A DNA stretch of 64,000 bases from Babesia bigemina (GCF_000981445.1 NC_027217.1:2480001-2544000); one strand, 5' to 3'. Counted from the first letter of the stretch, positions 23,001 to 34,044 are shown. Made by a program: numbers and translations. Notes: a model not told the origin generated them from the sequence alone.

Positions 23001-26000
23001 AACTGTGAAAGGTATTCAATGTCGTTCACGGCGGCCTTGCAATCGTCGCCGCAGCCCTCCAGCTGCGTGCCCTTCACATTCACGCGCATGAAGAATTTCT
23101 GCTCCGAAAACGGTATCCCGAAGCTCTCCCCCGGTTTAAGCAGCGCCTGCACCTTGTAACTGTTGAGTGCATGGAGCATGGTTTCGTCATTTTCGACGTC
23201 ATCTTCGACCAACTGCGTTTTGTAAAGCTGGATGAGCACCTGTATGTCGCACGGCAGCATGTTGACTATTTTCACCATCGGCTCTATGGTGACCGTGAAG
23301 TGGTAGAAGCACGACCCGCAGTCGTCGTTGCTAGCGACATCCTTGGCGACTATGCTGCACTTCATGGCCAGGGACTCCTTGAATTTGAGCACGACGTCGT
23401 TGCAGCTCTCGAACTCCCTGTCCGAAAACGGGTTGCGGTTGAGGATGTCGTAGAGCTGCTGGAAGGGCACGGCCTCGGTCGCGTCGCCATTTGACAGCAC
23501 CAGCGCAATGGACGGCGTCAGCGCACTGCCGAACCAACTCAGCGGCACGCATGAGCTGGTGTACGGTTCCAGGAACATTTCCTCGAACTCCCCCTTAGGC
23601 TTGTGCTGCGTCAGCTTCTGCGCCACCCTCGTGAAGTACCCGACCTTGTCGTCGATGCGCATCACCACCGGCATGGCGGTGGAGTTCTGGATGCGTACGG
23701 ACGACGCCAAAATCACATGCGGCTCATCCCCTTCGTCATGGTACTGCTCCATCAGCAGCATCATTTCGCTGTCGGGGACCCGGAAGAGTCGGGAACCGGT
23801 CTGCTCCACATTGTACTTGCCAACGAACCTGAGTGACTCGGTGGTGCTGGAGAGGGCGAGAGCGGTGATTTCGTCGCCGTCGGTGATCTTGCCGCCTCTT
23901 ATGACGCTGAGCAGGCTCTTCACGTTTACGCTGTTGCCGAACAGCAGTTGTTTCCGCTCCCTGATGGCCCATTTGGGCCCACGTCCCTTTGACACATCGC
24001 CGTTCAGCACCGCGAGCCGGCCGGTGATGGAATGCTTCAGGTGGATGCTGTTGTCCCCGGTGGGCGTGTCTTCGATGAAGATGTACACCGCCTTGTCGAA
24101 AACGTTGGTATAGGTCTGTGCGGGCAAGTGCATTTTGTCAAGCTCGCCCTCTCTGCTCAGCCGAGGCCCGATCAGGATTATCCCCACCCCAATCTCGTTG
24201 TACAGTTTGATGCTTTTGCTGCGGGCGCCCCTGTTTTTGTGCCGGTCGGAGTGCAGAATCGTGAACACGTGCTTCAGCTGGGTGATGAGCTGCAGCAGGC
24301 AGGGGTTGACCTCAACGGCCACGCCGCTGATTTGCATGCTGATGTCCAGCGCAGGTGTATCGAACACCGTGTCCTCGTACGCCACCTGCAGCGTGGCGAC
24401 GGTGGTCTGCAGCACAGTCTCGTGATTGTTCAGGCTGGCGTTGTACGTGGCGACGTTGAACACCATTGACGCGTCCACGATGGTTTGCCTTTTGCACATG
24501 GGCGCCGTGTGGGTCAGATCGAACGCCACGTGCTGCAGGTTGAACTTCAGCACCAGCTCGTTTTGGACCGAAAACAAGGTGCACTTGCAGTCGTTGATCA
24601 CGGAGGAGAGCGTCAGCTGCTTGTTGCCGTCGTACCACCGCAGCTTGTTGATGACCTTGACCAGGTTGCTCATCAGCCTCTGCTTCTTCCTCGCCTGCGA
24701 CAGCAGACGCTTGCGCACATCCTCCTCGAGCCTCACGTTGTACAAACTGCCTTCGCCATCGGTGAGGTTAGTTATCGGCAGGTTGTACTTGGCGGTGATG
24801 TACCGTATTTCCTCGATGAGGTCGTACGACTCGGCGTTCTCGTTTTCCTCCTGTTCGTGGGTCACGGCGACGCCGTCATGCAGCTGGCAGTACGCCTTGA
24901 ACGTGTCCACTGCGCTGTCAATGATGGCAGACTTGAGCAGGCAAAGTTGGAACATCTGGTCGATGTTGATGGATATCTTGGGCTTCGAGGCCTGCACGGC
25001 GACTACCACGTGCCCGATTTCAGTGAGCTTGGACTTCACGGAGCTCTCTCGCATCTCGAACATCAACCCCTCGTCGCTGTTGAGCGAGGTGAAGATCGCA
25101 TCATTCTGCTCGTCCACCAAAACCTTGACGCCCTGAATTATGCTCACCCTGGCCAGCGCAACCCCCATATACTTCAGCTTGAGCTTCGCATTACCCCTCG
25201 TCGGCGAGGAGACGGAAATGCTTATGAGGAAGCCGATGACGTGCCCAGTGTACATCAGAGGCCGGTCAACGTCGCCGCTGGATTGCAACGCCCTGAGGTG
25301 CAAGCCGTACGGCACCTCTGAGGCAGACCTTATCACGCTGGGCACCGTTATCTTGCTATTTTCGTACGTGCCTAAAGCGTTGTCGTCAGAGGTAGCCGAA
25401 ACGGTCCTCGATGCATCGGTGTCACCGAAAATGGAGCCTCCCTTGGGGATGCTGGGGTACAGCCAGATCTCGTGGAGGTTGAGGTTCACCTCCATCCTCA
25501 CAGGCCGCTTGGTACCCGGGTTCTCTGCTGACTTGTCCTTGTTTTTGAGCTTGGAGAACCCCATGTCGTGCAGCACGCCAAGGATCACGATTATGCCGTC
25601 GATCTGAAGTTCAGAGCGCGTGTGATCCAGGGCCACCTTGACCTCCATGGCGTCGTCGACCATCGAGAGGCTGGCGCTCACCTGATCCGCCTGGTAGCAA
25701 AACGTCACTTCATCCAGAATACCGGCGTTACCCAACGCGCACCGACTGCTGTAGATGTTGTCTACAAGGTGTTTTCCCCACGCGTCGGTGACGACCGCAT
25801 GCTGGAGAGTTAACTTGGCCGCGTATACTGATTTAGAAGCCGTGCATATGTCCACGTTCAGATTGCGCATGTCGGCGTTGAGGATGACCATGAACTTTGG
25901 CTGGAAATCGTAGTTCCGCGGTCCACTGCCTGCAGCCACGTAATGGGCTATGTCCTTCCAGTAGCACACGGTCCTCGTGAGCGCGTGGAGGGACGCCTTC

Positions 26001-29000
26001 ACGCTTTCGCACGAGATCGATATTATATGCGCCCTGCCCTCGTTGTAGGTCGCGTCGTACAGGTGCAGCAAGGCCTGGTACTTCGCGTCCTCCATGACGT
26101 CCACGAAGTTCATGAGGGACTGGCGCGTGAACTGCTCCAGGCGCCTGACGTCACTGTACAGCGTCCGCACCAGCGGTACGGTCACGTTGTTCTGCACCAC
26201 AACGGCGGTGTCGGCGGTCAGCTCCATGTAGACCATGGGTGAGCTGTGGACCCGAAGGATGTAGAGGGCGGCATTGCGGCACCGGGGCCTCTTCCGGTGT
26301 AGCTTGGCCTCATTGGGGATCTTCGGCAGCAGCTCGGACGGAAAGGCGCTCTTGGCGTTGATGCCGGTGTTGTAGGGGCACGCCACGTTTATCTCGTCGA
26401 CGATGAGGCTAAGCTTGATGACCTTGGCGGTGTCCGACTGCCCGTCAGAACTGTGCGCCTCCCCCTTCAGCAACTTTAATTTCGAATGCAGACACGACAG
26501 GTTCTCGATCGACTCCTTGTGCAGCAGCGCTGCGAGGTTCCTCAGCTTCACCTTGCCGATGGAAACAGTGGACCCGTGGCAAATAAGGGTCGACACTGAG
26601 GCCTTCAGGGCCCTGAATTTCCTGGTGCGTATGCAGTCAGCGGGAAACGCATTCAGCACCGTCGCCACCGCCTTGTCACAGAGCTGCGGCTCCACCTTAT
26701 GGGACGCCCTGAGCAGCCAGTCGGTTAGCCAGTTATGGTTTAGCATCGGCATCAGCCTCGCGCACTCGGCGTACTGCGTGCACAGCAGCGGCACCAGCAC
26801 AACACGTTCATCATCGTAGTACGACGGCAGCGTGGCGGTTGTCATGTGGTTGAACCAGTCTTCCTGCAGCAGACTCTGCAGGTTCTCGGTGGCGTCGTTG
26901 ATGTCGTCGAACTTGGTAACGAGCTCGACGCCTGCCGGCACTTCCTGGAACCCCCAAACCGCGCAGTGCGACACCTCTGCCACCAGATTTATCATCGTTG
27001 CGTCGTCCTTGGCGGCGAGGGTAGCGTCACGCTTCGCGGATTTGGTTTTCTGCATGCGCCTGTACAGCTCCATATCGAATGACACGTCTAGCAGGGACAC
27101 GGCTAATATCCGCTTCACGTAGCCATTCGTCAGAGTGACGTGGAAACGCGGGATTTCGATTACCAGGTGCTTCATCGTCTCCAACTGGCTGACGTTGGCG
27201 ACGAGATAGACGTCGATCATGGCGCCCACGCCCGCATGGTTGACCGACGAGTGATGCACCATGATGCTGGCGACGATGTTTTTGTGTTCCTTCTGCTCCG
27301 ACCGCTGGGCGGCTTTTTTCAACGACTCGGCGATCTGCACTAACCGCCTCACCAGCGGGATGTCGACTATGTGGTGGACGTCTCTGACCTCCATGCTGAC
27401 ATTGCTGACGTCACTCTGCTTGAAGTCGACCACCACCTGGCCGTAGTGCACCTCCTTTGCGGCGTCCGGAACCTCCTGGCCCAGTTCCAGCGGCTTGGAG
27501 GAGAGGATGACCTGCCTTGAGCCGCCCATGTCCCGGTAAACGGAGACGTTGCCGACGTAGAATTTGAACCGTTCGCGGCCCTTGACCTCCAGCCGCACCT
27601 TGTAGATGGAGAAGGTGTACAGCCTGCTTTCGCCGACCAGGTTTAGTTTCAGCGAGTTGAAGGAGAGGAACACGATTTTGGCGTCGCCTACCACGTCCGA
27701 CAACTTCTTCTCGATTGCGTTCACAAGATCGGCGTTGCAGCCCTCCAGGACATTGGGCGACCCTTTGTAGAAGTCGTTGCTGATGATCCTGCAAATGTCG
27801 CTGTTCCCGGTGAGCTTCATGGGCCTGACCACGTATTTCTGCTTGGCCTCGACGATGACCTTGAGCACCCCAACGAGCGACTGGATGGCATCTGAGTAGA
27901 ACTTGAAAAGCTGGATGTGGCTGACCAGCATGCTGAGGATCGGCAGGATTGGGTCCAGCGTGGCAACCACGTTTCCGACATCCGCGCAGATCGCGTTCTC
28001 CTTTTTGACAACCAGCAGCGAATCCAGAGTGAATAGCCGAGTAGTCGCTCCGTCATGGTCCACGTGATTTAGAATGGCGGTGTCTAGGGTGCAGCAGGTG
28101 AGAGTGCTCACGGACTCCTTGCTGAACACCAGCTTTCTCGCATCCAGCGAGAGCGAGCGCAGCGTCCCGAACCGTTCAACCAGCTCAGGCGGCATCTTGA
28201 CGCAACAGGTGTTATGGTACCACCGCCGCAATTCAGCGAGGTGGAAAACCAGGCTGGAGCTGAGTGGAAACATCGCGTTCGACTCGGGCGCCAGCATATA
28301 CAGCTGCCTGCTGCTGTAGATGGGTTCCGTCGTTTCCAGTTCGGCCAGGAACTTATCCTTAGAATAGATGATTTTCTGCGACCCGTCCAACTGCGACATG
28401 GACCCGTGCTCGTTCAGACTGGAAGCGGCGTGCCTCATGGAAAACGGGTTATCGATGTCGTCGCAGTAGTCCCACTTGTCCAGCATGTTGTCGTTCTGCA
28501 GGAACAGGTCCAGGACGTCCATCTGCCGCTGCGTGGCGTCCGGCTGGTCCGTGCCCTCCACGTCCGCCCCGGCGGCGTACTTGAGCTGCGCCTCTTTCTG
28601 GACCAGCGTGCGCACGATAAACCCCTCCATCTCAACCTTGCAAATCGTGCGTGACGTGGAAATCTCCAAATGGTTCGCCATCTTCTCGACAAGTTCGGTG
28701 TTCTCGTGCCCTAGTTTCGAGTTACGCCTGACGAACGCCTCGAAAGTGAGGAACTGCATTTGCCAGAAACGCTCGGTGATGAGCGCGTTTAGCCTGAGCA
28801 GCGTGTTGAAAATCAGCACCAGTTTCGGCGCAACAACGCGCGCATGCTTGATGTGGTTCGGGTACCGCTCGATGGTGACGCACAACGTGTCCCGCGTGCC
28901 TTCCTCAGCGCGGACGAAACACGATTCGACGTCGTCCGAACCGTAATGCTCGAAGAAGGTATGCGGCTCCACCAGCATCTCCTCCGGGTAGCACAGCAGG

Positions 29001-30892
29001 CTTTCGGAGTCCTTCTGGGGGCGCATCGTGACCTTGGCACTGAAGGTGCGCCTCCGGACGTTCACCAGCATCACCCCGCACCTCACGATGGGTTTGCAGG
29101 CCAGGATCTTGTACGTCGCGCGTTTATACAGCGCCGCAGTTTGGAACACGAACGTGCTCAGCTGCACTATCGTCGACGGCACGCATTCCGCAGTTTGGCT
29201 CACGTCGATTGCGGCGAGGTACACGTTGACGTTGGGGAACACCATGCGCAGCAAGCTCTCATGTTCATACCAGTCGTGCGACGGCATGCCACCCTCTTCG
29301 CTAAACTCTTCGGCCTCGTCCTCCTGTTGAGCCGTGCAGCAGGGCACGCTCACGAAGCACGAGTCCTGCTGGACATTCATGGCCTGGTTACATTTGGCCA
29401 TCTCCTTCACCTTGAGCAGGATGTGGAAGGGGACGTCTCGCTCAAAACGCTTCACGAACTCCGCGTCCTCCTCGCGGTGTTTCCACTGCGAGGTGCGGGT
29501 CACCTCGATGAACCTCTGGCAGTCGGCGACGCTCGGCACCGCGTTGATCCCGCCGCTGGCCATCTCCCGATACGCCGAGTTGAGCTGCATGTACCTCACA
29601 ACGTTGTATATGATATCTGCCGCCGTGCAGGTGAGCGTGAGGTCCAGCGGTTCGAACGGCGTTTCGCCGTCGAAGCAGGGGGCATGCACCCTGGGCTCGC
29701 CACCGGGGGCGCTGACGCAAATTTGCACGTTGCGTCGGCTTTGCCGTCTGGCATCGGGGTTGGCGGACAACGACATGATGTTCCACATTTTGAACACCAG
29801 GTCGAAGTTCACACCCTCCGGCGGCGTCACGTTGAAGTTCTGGTACGGCCCGTTGATGACACGCAACAGCGGCTCGTCCTCGGGTTTTATCCTTTGCTCG
29901 ACGTATTCGCCCTCATAATCGGCGCTAAAGTCGCCGCAGGGAGCATTGCAGAAGTTCCACAGGCGTGTTTGGCCGTCCTCGACAGGCGTTGACGGGGATG
30001 TCTCCGGGTGCGCCGCACCGAACAGTTCGTCACTGGAGTGCGACGACGCACTGCCGGGGGTCTCATCTTCCGGATGGCACGTGCGTCTGCTGTTAGTAGC
30101 AACGGGTTTGGCCGGCTCAGAAGACTGCTGTTGAGAGCAGCGCCCGCCCCAGTCCTGGGGGTCGAAGATGTCATCCTGCACATCCAAGTCCTGTTGAATG
30201 AACGTTGCGTCCTGGCCCTGATTGTACACCGTAAGCCACACGTGAACCTTGGGGCTGTTGAACCACAGGGCGTTCAGCAGGGAGTCGGCAACCGCCTTCC
30301 GCTCGTCCTCAGAGAGGCTGGGGTCGTCCTGCTGCATGCCGACACCGCGGATGAACTCCGCTTCTATGGTGATGGCAAACGCTTCCTTGTACAACAAGTT
30401 GTCCAGCAGCACCACGCGCACGTTGTGGACGGCGATGTCCAGCGAATTCAGGATGGCGGCGGCCCTGGAGCCCCGCTTGCCCTTTTTGACGGACAGCAGC
30501 CTCAGCGACGACGCCACGGCATTCCACTTTCGCAGCAGCCTCTCGCGGGTGGAAGTCAGCGCGTTCTGCACTATATCCACACCCCACTCGTCGATGCGCT
30601 TGAACCGCACCACAGCCTCCACGTCGCGGACCTCTATGCTCAGCGCGGCGTTGCAGTCCTTCTGGAGCATGACGTTCCACGGGCACCGGATGATCACGCT
30701 CCTGATGTTAGACTTCACCACTGTGAACGGCATCGACGGGTGCTCGAAGCACTTCTCAGGTATCGGCACGTTCGTCAGCCTGATTTCGGGGTCGGTGATG
30801 GACGTGATGTTCAGCCGGTCGAGCGGCAACCACTGTTCGATGACGTCGCGGCCGAAGGCCTTGACCATCTGCTCAATGAGCTTGTGGATCAT
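20009..30892 (-). CDS. VPS13: VPS13-family bridge-like lipid transfer protein (3627 aa, single ORF)
   Basis: Chorein-N-like start (IRLTNV..PFTVVKSNIRSVIIRCPW). VAB-type Asn repeats (VRIQNST, VKIVNML, IFENMS, TFVNRLP, QILNLT). C-terminal VYIRRLAVEP and TRPV..LEGFAIGVGNG helices. Confidence 0.88.
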   Translation of the reverse strand: MIHKLIEQMVKAFGRDVIEQWLPLDRLNITSITDPEIRLTNVPIPEKCFEHPSMPFTVVKSNIRSVIIRCPWNVMLQKDCNAALSIEVRDVEAVVRFKRIDEWGVDIVQNALTSTRERLLRKWNAVASSLRLLSVKKGKRGSRAAAILNSLDIAVHNVRVVLLDNLLYKEAFAITIEAEFIRGVGMQQDDPSLSEDERKAVADSLLNALWFNSPKVHVWLTVYNQGQDATFIQQDLDVQDDIFDPQDWGGRCSQQQSSEPAKPVATNSRRTCHPEDETPGSASSHSSDELFGAAHPETSPSTPVEDGQTRLWNFCNAPCGDFSADYEGEYVEQRIKPEDEPLLRVINGPYQNFNVTPPEGVNFDLVFKMWNIMSLSANPDARRQSRRNVQICVSAPGGEPRVHAPCFDGETPFEPLDLTLTCTAADIIYNVVRYMQLNSAYREMASGGINAVPSVADCQRFIEVTRTSQWKHREEDAEFVKRFERDVPFHILLKVKEMAKCNQAMNVQQDSCFVSVPCCTAQQEDEAEEFSEEGGMPSHDWYEHESLLRMVFPNVNVYLAAIDVSQTAECVPSTIVQLSTFVFQTAALYKRATYKILACKPIVRCGVMLVNVRRRTFSAKVTMRPQKDSESLLCYPEEMLVEPHTFFEHYGSDDVESCFVRAEEGTRDTLCVTIERYPNHIKHARVVAPKLVLIFNTLLRLNALITERFWQMQFLTFEAFVRRNSKLGHENTELVEKMANHLEISTSRTICKVEMEGFIVRTLVQKEAQLKYAAGADVEGTDQPDATQRQMDVLDLFLQNDNMLDKWDYCDDIDNPFSMRHAASSLNEHGSMSQLDGSQKIIYSKDKFLAELETTEPIYSSRQLYMLAPESNAMFPLSSSLVFHLAELRRWYHNTCCVKMPPELVERFGTLRSLSLDARKLVFSKESVSTLTCCTLDTAILNHVDHDGATTRLFTLDSLLVVKKENAICADVGNVVATLDPILPILSMLVSHIQLFKFYSDAIQSLVGVLKVIVEAKQKYVVRPMKLTGNSDICRIISNDFYKGSPNVLEGCNADLVNAIEKKLSDVVGDAKIVFLSFNSLKLNLVGESRLYTFSIYKVRLEVKGRERFKFYVGNVSVYRDMGGSRQVILSSKPLELGQEVPDAAKEVHYGQVVVDFKQSDVSNVSMEVRDVHHIVDIPLVRRLVQIAESLKKAAQRSEQKEHKNIVASIMVHHSSVNHAGVGAMIDVYLVANVSQLETMKHLVIEIPRFHVTLTNGYVKRILAVSLLDVSFDMELYRRMQKTKSAKRDATLAAKDDATMINLVAEVSHCAVWGFQEVPAGVELVTKFDDINDATENLQSLLQEDWFNHMTTATLPSYYDDERVVLVPLLCTQYAECARLMPMLNHNWLTDWLLRASHKVEPQLCDKAVATVLNAFPADCIRTRKFRALKASVSTLICHGSTVSIGKVKLRNLAALLHKESIENLSCLHSKLKLLKGEAHSSDGQSDTAKVIKLSLIVDEINVACPYNTGINAKSAFPSELLPKIPNEAKLHRKRPRCRNAALYILRVHSSPMVYMELTADTAVVVQNNVTVPLVRTLYSDVRRLEQFTRQSLMNFVDVMEDAKYQALLHLYDATYNEGRAHIISISCESVKASLHALTRTVCYWKDIAHYVAAGSGPRNYDFQPKFMVILNADMRNLNVDICTASKSVYAAKLTLQHAVVTDAWGKHLVDNIYSSRCALGNAGILDEVTFCYQADQVSASLSMVDDAMEVKVALDHTRSELQIDGIIVILGVLHDMGFSKLKNKDKSAENPGTKRPVRMEVNLNLHEIWLYPSIPKGGSIFGDTDASRTVSATSDDNALGTYENSKITVPSVIRSASEVPYGLHLRALQSSGDVDRPLMYTGHVIGFLISISVSSPTRGNAKLKLKYMGVALARVSIIQGVKVLVDEQNDAIFTSLNSDEGLMFEMRESSVKSKLTEIGHVVVAVQASKPKISINIDQMFQLCLLKSAIIDSAVDTFKAYCQLHDGVAVTHEQEENENAESYDLIEEIRYITAKYNLPITNLTDGEGSLYNVRLEEDVRKRLLSQARKKQRLMSNLVKVINKLRWYDGNKQLTLSSVINDCKCTLFSVQNELVLKFNLQHVAFDLTHTAPMCKRQTIVDASMVFNVATYNASLNNHETVLQTTVATLQVAYEDTVFDTPALDISMQISGVAVEVNPCLLQLITQLKHVFTILHSDRHKNRGARSKSIKLYNEIGVGIILIGPRLSREGELDKMHLPAQTYTNVFDKAVYIFIEDTPTGDNSIHLKHSITGRLAVLNGDVSKGRGPKWAIRERKQLLFGNSVNVKSLLSVIRGGKITDGDEITALALSSTTESLRFVGKYNVEQTGSRLFRVPDSEMMLLMEQYHDEGDEPHVILASSVRIQNSTAMPVVMRIDDKVGYFTRVAQKLTQHKPKGEFEEMFLEPYTSSCVPLSWFGSALTPSIALVLSNGDATEAVPFQQLYDILNRNPFSDREFESCNDVVLKFKESLAMKCSIVAKDVASNDDCGSCFYHFTVTIEPMVKIVNMLPCDIQVLIQLYKTQLVEDDVENDETMLHALNSYKVQALLKPGESFGIPFSEQKFFMRVNVKGTQLEGCGDDCKAAVNDIEYLSQLFPVFLPASGATSVVKTLKLHKGSVEGLLQSVYQAHAEALMDFSDHFRSMAVTVDLSRHEIRIWWPFIFENMSQNSLLINGRLLMPRSRIYGNLNDASTCRIQAIMYTYKSGDWTKQASCALSQSVKLDVTSTTDFRPPINLVVPLKNRTLSRMAFSEATSNVEGILGNVVNASNIYHAKRYALQKTFSDGRQSTLNEFPQQHTATMEDTETTACGNAIVCLGSTVRYAEYPYNMCKIVSVSNMYTFVNRLPFTICVRGAPPNDQYLDPPSDGECNDLLILPGESGALNVSLQCAYIIKVENDLCSGLFTLQYPRLPHMFQLELNSNNITYSTVATRGLLVQVNVVSGVFEGSKMPYSYNGYYFVLSLPDKPQYQILNLTNHTLAYSVPENMRSVESQQVESYQSYEQSWERTPMNKIGILPPTCITHYVPAAISKSQEVLQVCLKVLHVDTCDWSVQRVDFVREGCHAIKFVEQRKTLFLYATIMIRSNGTRIIAIVNSKSAAMDLNRMGGSSLSVGPKLQWSSINFNFLTPRITVTLSTKRKVILALHLTNTSATLSIAPSKYDTIEREVRGSMELESSRCSMVDLEATIQSIHIDHFVQGYIPVILKSSAKRSSMQESFLNIRMSLSNFMTRGLPIYETIQVKLSPLSINIEMAVIEQLVDSIENMLRLPLRNVASESTDVARNNCLVMPEPKWVEMEPASPVYIRRLAVEPITLSLAIRTSSTQLTHRTMRVLDALPLDTPCVCVHFTGETRSYLIVSWGELMHSLRHSYLRQLIRQSLPTAWLSNTFAVLYGFVKGVILLVTRPVQTALKFKNALEGFAIGVGNGIMLFMLYITGGTTQSLGNFLNIFHKIIGGQRAKPQGILDALWLGMNLIILHVLYRPWKKLIVDLSNSDSADNTCMKKSMGFALNLAHCAISPLIGVVNMLITVVEGFSNLLLGDVEQFTHVYESDQLGRVPTQNPNPVRPNIERVETTNTQASFIRRMRTSVTLKRK

Positions 30893-31116
30893 GGTTGCGA
30901 TGTGTGCTTGTTTAGGCCGACGGCAGTGGCTTATCGCGGCTCTTCAGCGGGATGCATGGCTCCCGCGGCAGCCATGTCTACACACCTCAGATGACATTCT
31001 GGGTACATCCAGGTTAGAATTTACATTTATTTGTTATAGAAAGCGTCATGTATGTACATCATCTGGGCCATGTGCGCCGCTTACGCGCTACTAGGCCCAA
31101 CAGCGCAACTTCTGGC

Positions 31117-32274
31117 TCACATCCAGCTGCTTTGAGCCAGTCGGTCGCGGTGGTTACACACCTCCCGAGAACGTTTGCAGACGGGGCAGGGTGATTGCGA
31201 GGAGGTGGGTTCCCGGTTTAGGGGCTCGTAGGTGTCTTGCCGGAGGAGCTGCAGCCCCGTTTGGAGCACGTCTTCCAGCCATCCGTCTTCGTCGTCGTCC
31301 TCCACAGCCTGATTGTCACGGCTGTTACAAACCACGTTTGCGGGTTGTTTGCGTTGTGGTGCCGTGGTTATCGTACTGCTAACAGCCGCCTGGTTTTCGT
31401 CCAGGTCCCTCACGCGCCGTGCGAAGTAGGCGTTGAGGAACCTGAGGTTCCGCTCCTCCAGGTCGGTCACGTCCTCGTGACCCAGGAGCGTATCCTCAAA
31501 GGTGGCGTTAATATCGAAATCTATGTTGGCAGACATTTCCTGCGTCGTCACGGTGTTTGGTGATCCAACGGTTGAGTTCAGTGAGTTCACGTCCAAAAAT
31601 TTATAATCTGCATTTTTGTACTCTGCGTTGTAGAGCGAGCTCCACGCTTCGCTGATCATTTGCGACTGCATTTCCTTCATTTTAGGTTCGGTCGACGCGT
31701 ATTGCGTCTCCTCCAACTGGGCACGCGCGGGGGCCGCCGCCGGAGCGGCCTGCTCCGGCTCCGCTGCCTTCGGCGCCTTGTCCTTGTTCGCGCTGCCGCC
31801 GCCCTCCTTACGGTCCCTCATTTCCGCCTTGGAGTGCGCGAAGGGGCAGAAGTAGCCCTTGCAGGCGGGGTAGTTGAGGCACATGCGCGTTTTGTACAGG
31901 TCGGGGTGGTACAGCTGTTCCTCCTTGGAGTGCGAGAACTTGCAGCGCCGCCCGTAGTGGCACTTGCCCTGCAGCTGCATCTTGTTCTCCGTCCTCAAAA
32001 ACTGTATGTTGGGGCACAGCTTGTAGTCGTACTTGAACAGCGAGGGGTTGCGGCGGGGCCACGTTTCGCTGTGCGACATGCTGCAGCGGATGCTGTCCGA
32101 GCATGCGCCCTTGACGTACATGGGGCACTGCCGCGTGCGGAACTCCTCGAGCTCCTTACCGCTGAGGCAGACATGTTTCGGGGCTTGCGAACCTGCGTCT
32201 GGTTGCCGCTTGGCGCTGCCGTCTGCCTTGGGCGACGGATGAGCCAGCACCTGTTGGTGGCAGGCTTTTGCCAT
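31117..32274 (-). CDS. Triple CCCH zinc-finger protein, Unkempt-like RNA-binding module
   Basis: FRTRQCP..C..C..H, YKLCP..C..C..HSKEEQLYHP and YKTRMC..C..CPFAH. Confidence 0.92.
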   Translation of the reverse strand: MAKACHQQVLAHPSPKADGSAKRQPDAGSQAPKHVCLSGKELEEFRTRQCPMYVKGACSDSIRCSMSHSETWPRRNPSLFKYDYKLCPNIQFLRTENKMQLQGKCHYGRRCKFSHSKEEQLYHPDLYKTRMCLNYPACKGYFCPFAHSKAEMRDRKEGGGSANKDKAPKAAEPEQAAPAAAPARAQLEETQYASTEPKMKEMQSQMISEAWSSLYNAEYKNADYKFLDVNSLNSTVGSPNTVTTQEMSANIDFDINATFEDTLLGHEDVTDLEERNLRFLNAYFARRVRDLDENQAAVSSTITTAPQRKQPANVVCNSRDNQAVEDDDEDGWLEDVLQTGLQLLRQDTYEPLNREPTSSQSPCPVCKRSREVCNHRDRLAQSSWM

Positions 32275-34044
32275 AACCGTATCTTCGTTCTTCTTCTGCG
32301 CCTTCGCGCAGCTTCAAAGTGCCGGGGCTGATGCGGAATTAGGCCGCTTCTCTGCGATCCGCGCAATTCACAAACGTGGATTATATTCTTCTCCCAGCCT
32401 CAGTTGCCTACGAGTTGCGCCCTGAGCCATACGAGCTGCACGGAGCAATTTTCTCACGCCCAGCCTATCTCAACGCATTCATACCGACTGCTGCGTCGTC
32501 ATGTTAGTTTCGCAGAATCTCCGATGTCGTGTATGCGTACCTCGTTGCCGTCCACTTCCCACCCATTAAAGCGATCTCGTGGGCGAGACTTTTGGTATAT
32601 ACGCGTGTGCTGCTACACCGTGAGCCCGGAAGCGTGCCTGGCACCCCTTTGGTGCGCTTATGACGTCTCGTACCGTGTCTGGTGTGCAGTGGACGCACTA
32701 ATTTTTTAGGCCGGCTGCAAGCACACGGGTCTCTACGCGTGGTACGCAACAATCTATTGGTAGCTACATTGGCGCTGTCATCGATACTTAATCTGTGTAC
32801 CCGTGTCAGGTGTCTCTACGCGGCGTATCGCGTCGTGATTTACCGCTCGACGCTCCCATGCATTAGCGGCAACTGCATTCGATAAATGGGTTAGAGCTGT
32901 GACAGCTCACGGATCTGCGCCGACAACGCCAAATGTGTTGCGCATTTGGGCCGTTGGCACGGACAAAACTGACGCGCAGCTGGATGGCGACGGTAACCAG
33001 TACGGACTAGATTCCGCAGCATTTTTGATCGCATGTACCGAACAAACGTATACAGCTGCTGTGATGAGTGAGATGACTGAGAGATCAGTAAATGTGTGGA
33101 TATTTATCCAGCAAAAGTGCGACGCTGATCCCACAGATTTTCCATCAGCGTATCCAATGCGCACATCACTGCTGGGTTGATTGAGGCGCGTAAATAAACA
33201 ATTTATAACTTGGATAACAGCTAAGATCGCGGAGATTGCTGTGTCTATCATGATTTTTCTGTCGACATACACAGCACTCACATTTTGGGCGTTTATTAAA
33301 CACTCCGTTGTGGCGTTACCATAATATATCGTTACCTATATGCGCTGTACACGTAATGGCACTGCTAATATAGCATTATAAAAGTAAACGACGTGCGTAG
33401 ACACAGCATGGTACGCCCGTAACTTGCTCTGATATATCACGCAGCTACGCCCGTATCCGGCATTCTTCCATGGCTACGTGGCATTGATATGTGAATATCG
33501 TAAATCGTCATAGATTTGTTCGGTCAAATAGACATTCAATAACACTAGTAACTGTGGCGGCGATCCGAGGGGTGATGTCGGCGGTTGCGTGTCGCGCAGT
33601 ATTCGTAACCGCTTCAGACGTTGTTAAATAATCCAAATTACTGCTTTGGTATATTAGGGAAGGCTTCGTAAATTTTTTGTTGGCAAGGAGCTGGCGAGGT
33701 GTGTGCAACTGCCACATCGGTTCGCATCCACATCCTTCCATGCTTGAAGTATAGCCCATGGTGTTGAATTGCGCATTGTAAAAAAATTAGAGGGGTCATA
33801 TTGGTATTAATGCTGTTGGTGTGTTATGGAATTTGGGTTTTCGGCATTGACCATAGCATTACATCACTCATCCGGCGCATATTGGCCGCAGGGCGGTCTT
33901 CTGTCGCTTAATTCGCCACAGATGCGTGTACCAGCACGTCTAATGCCGCCGAGAATAGCTGGGATGGTATGCTTGAAGGTGGCTCCGTGGATATGCTAAT
34001 GTCACCTATCCGTTGGTTCGTGGATAATCTGCTATGATGCTTTG

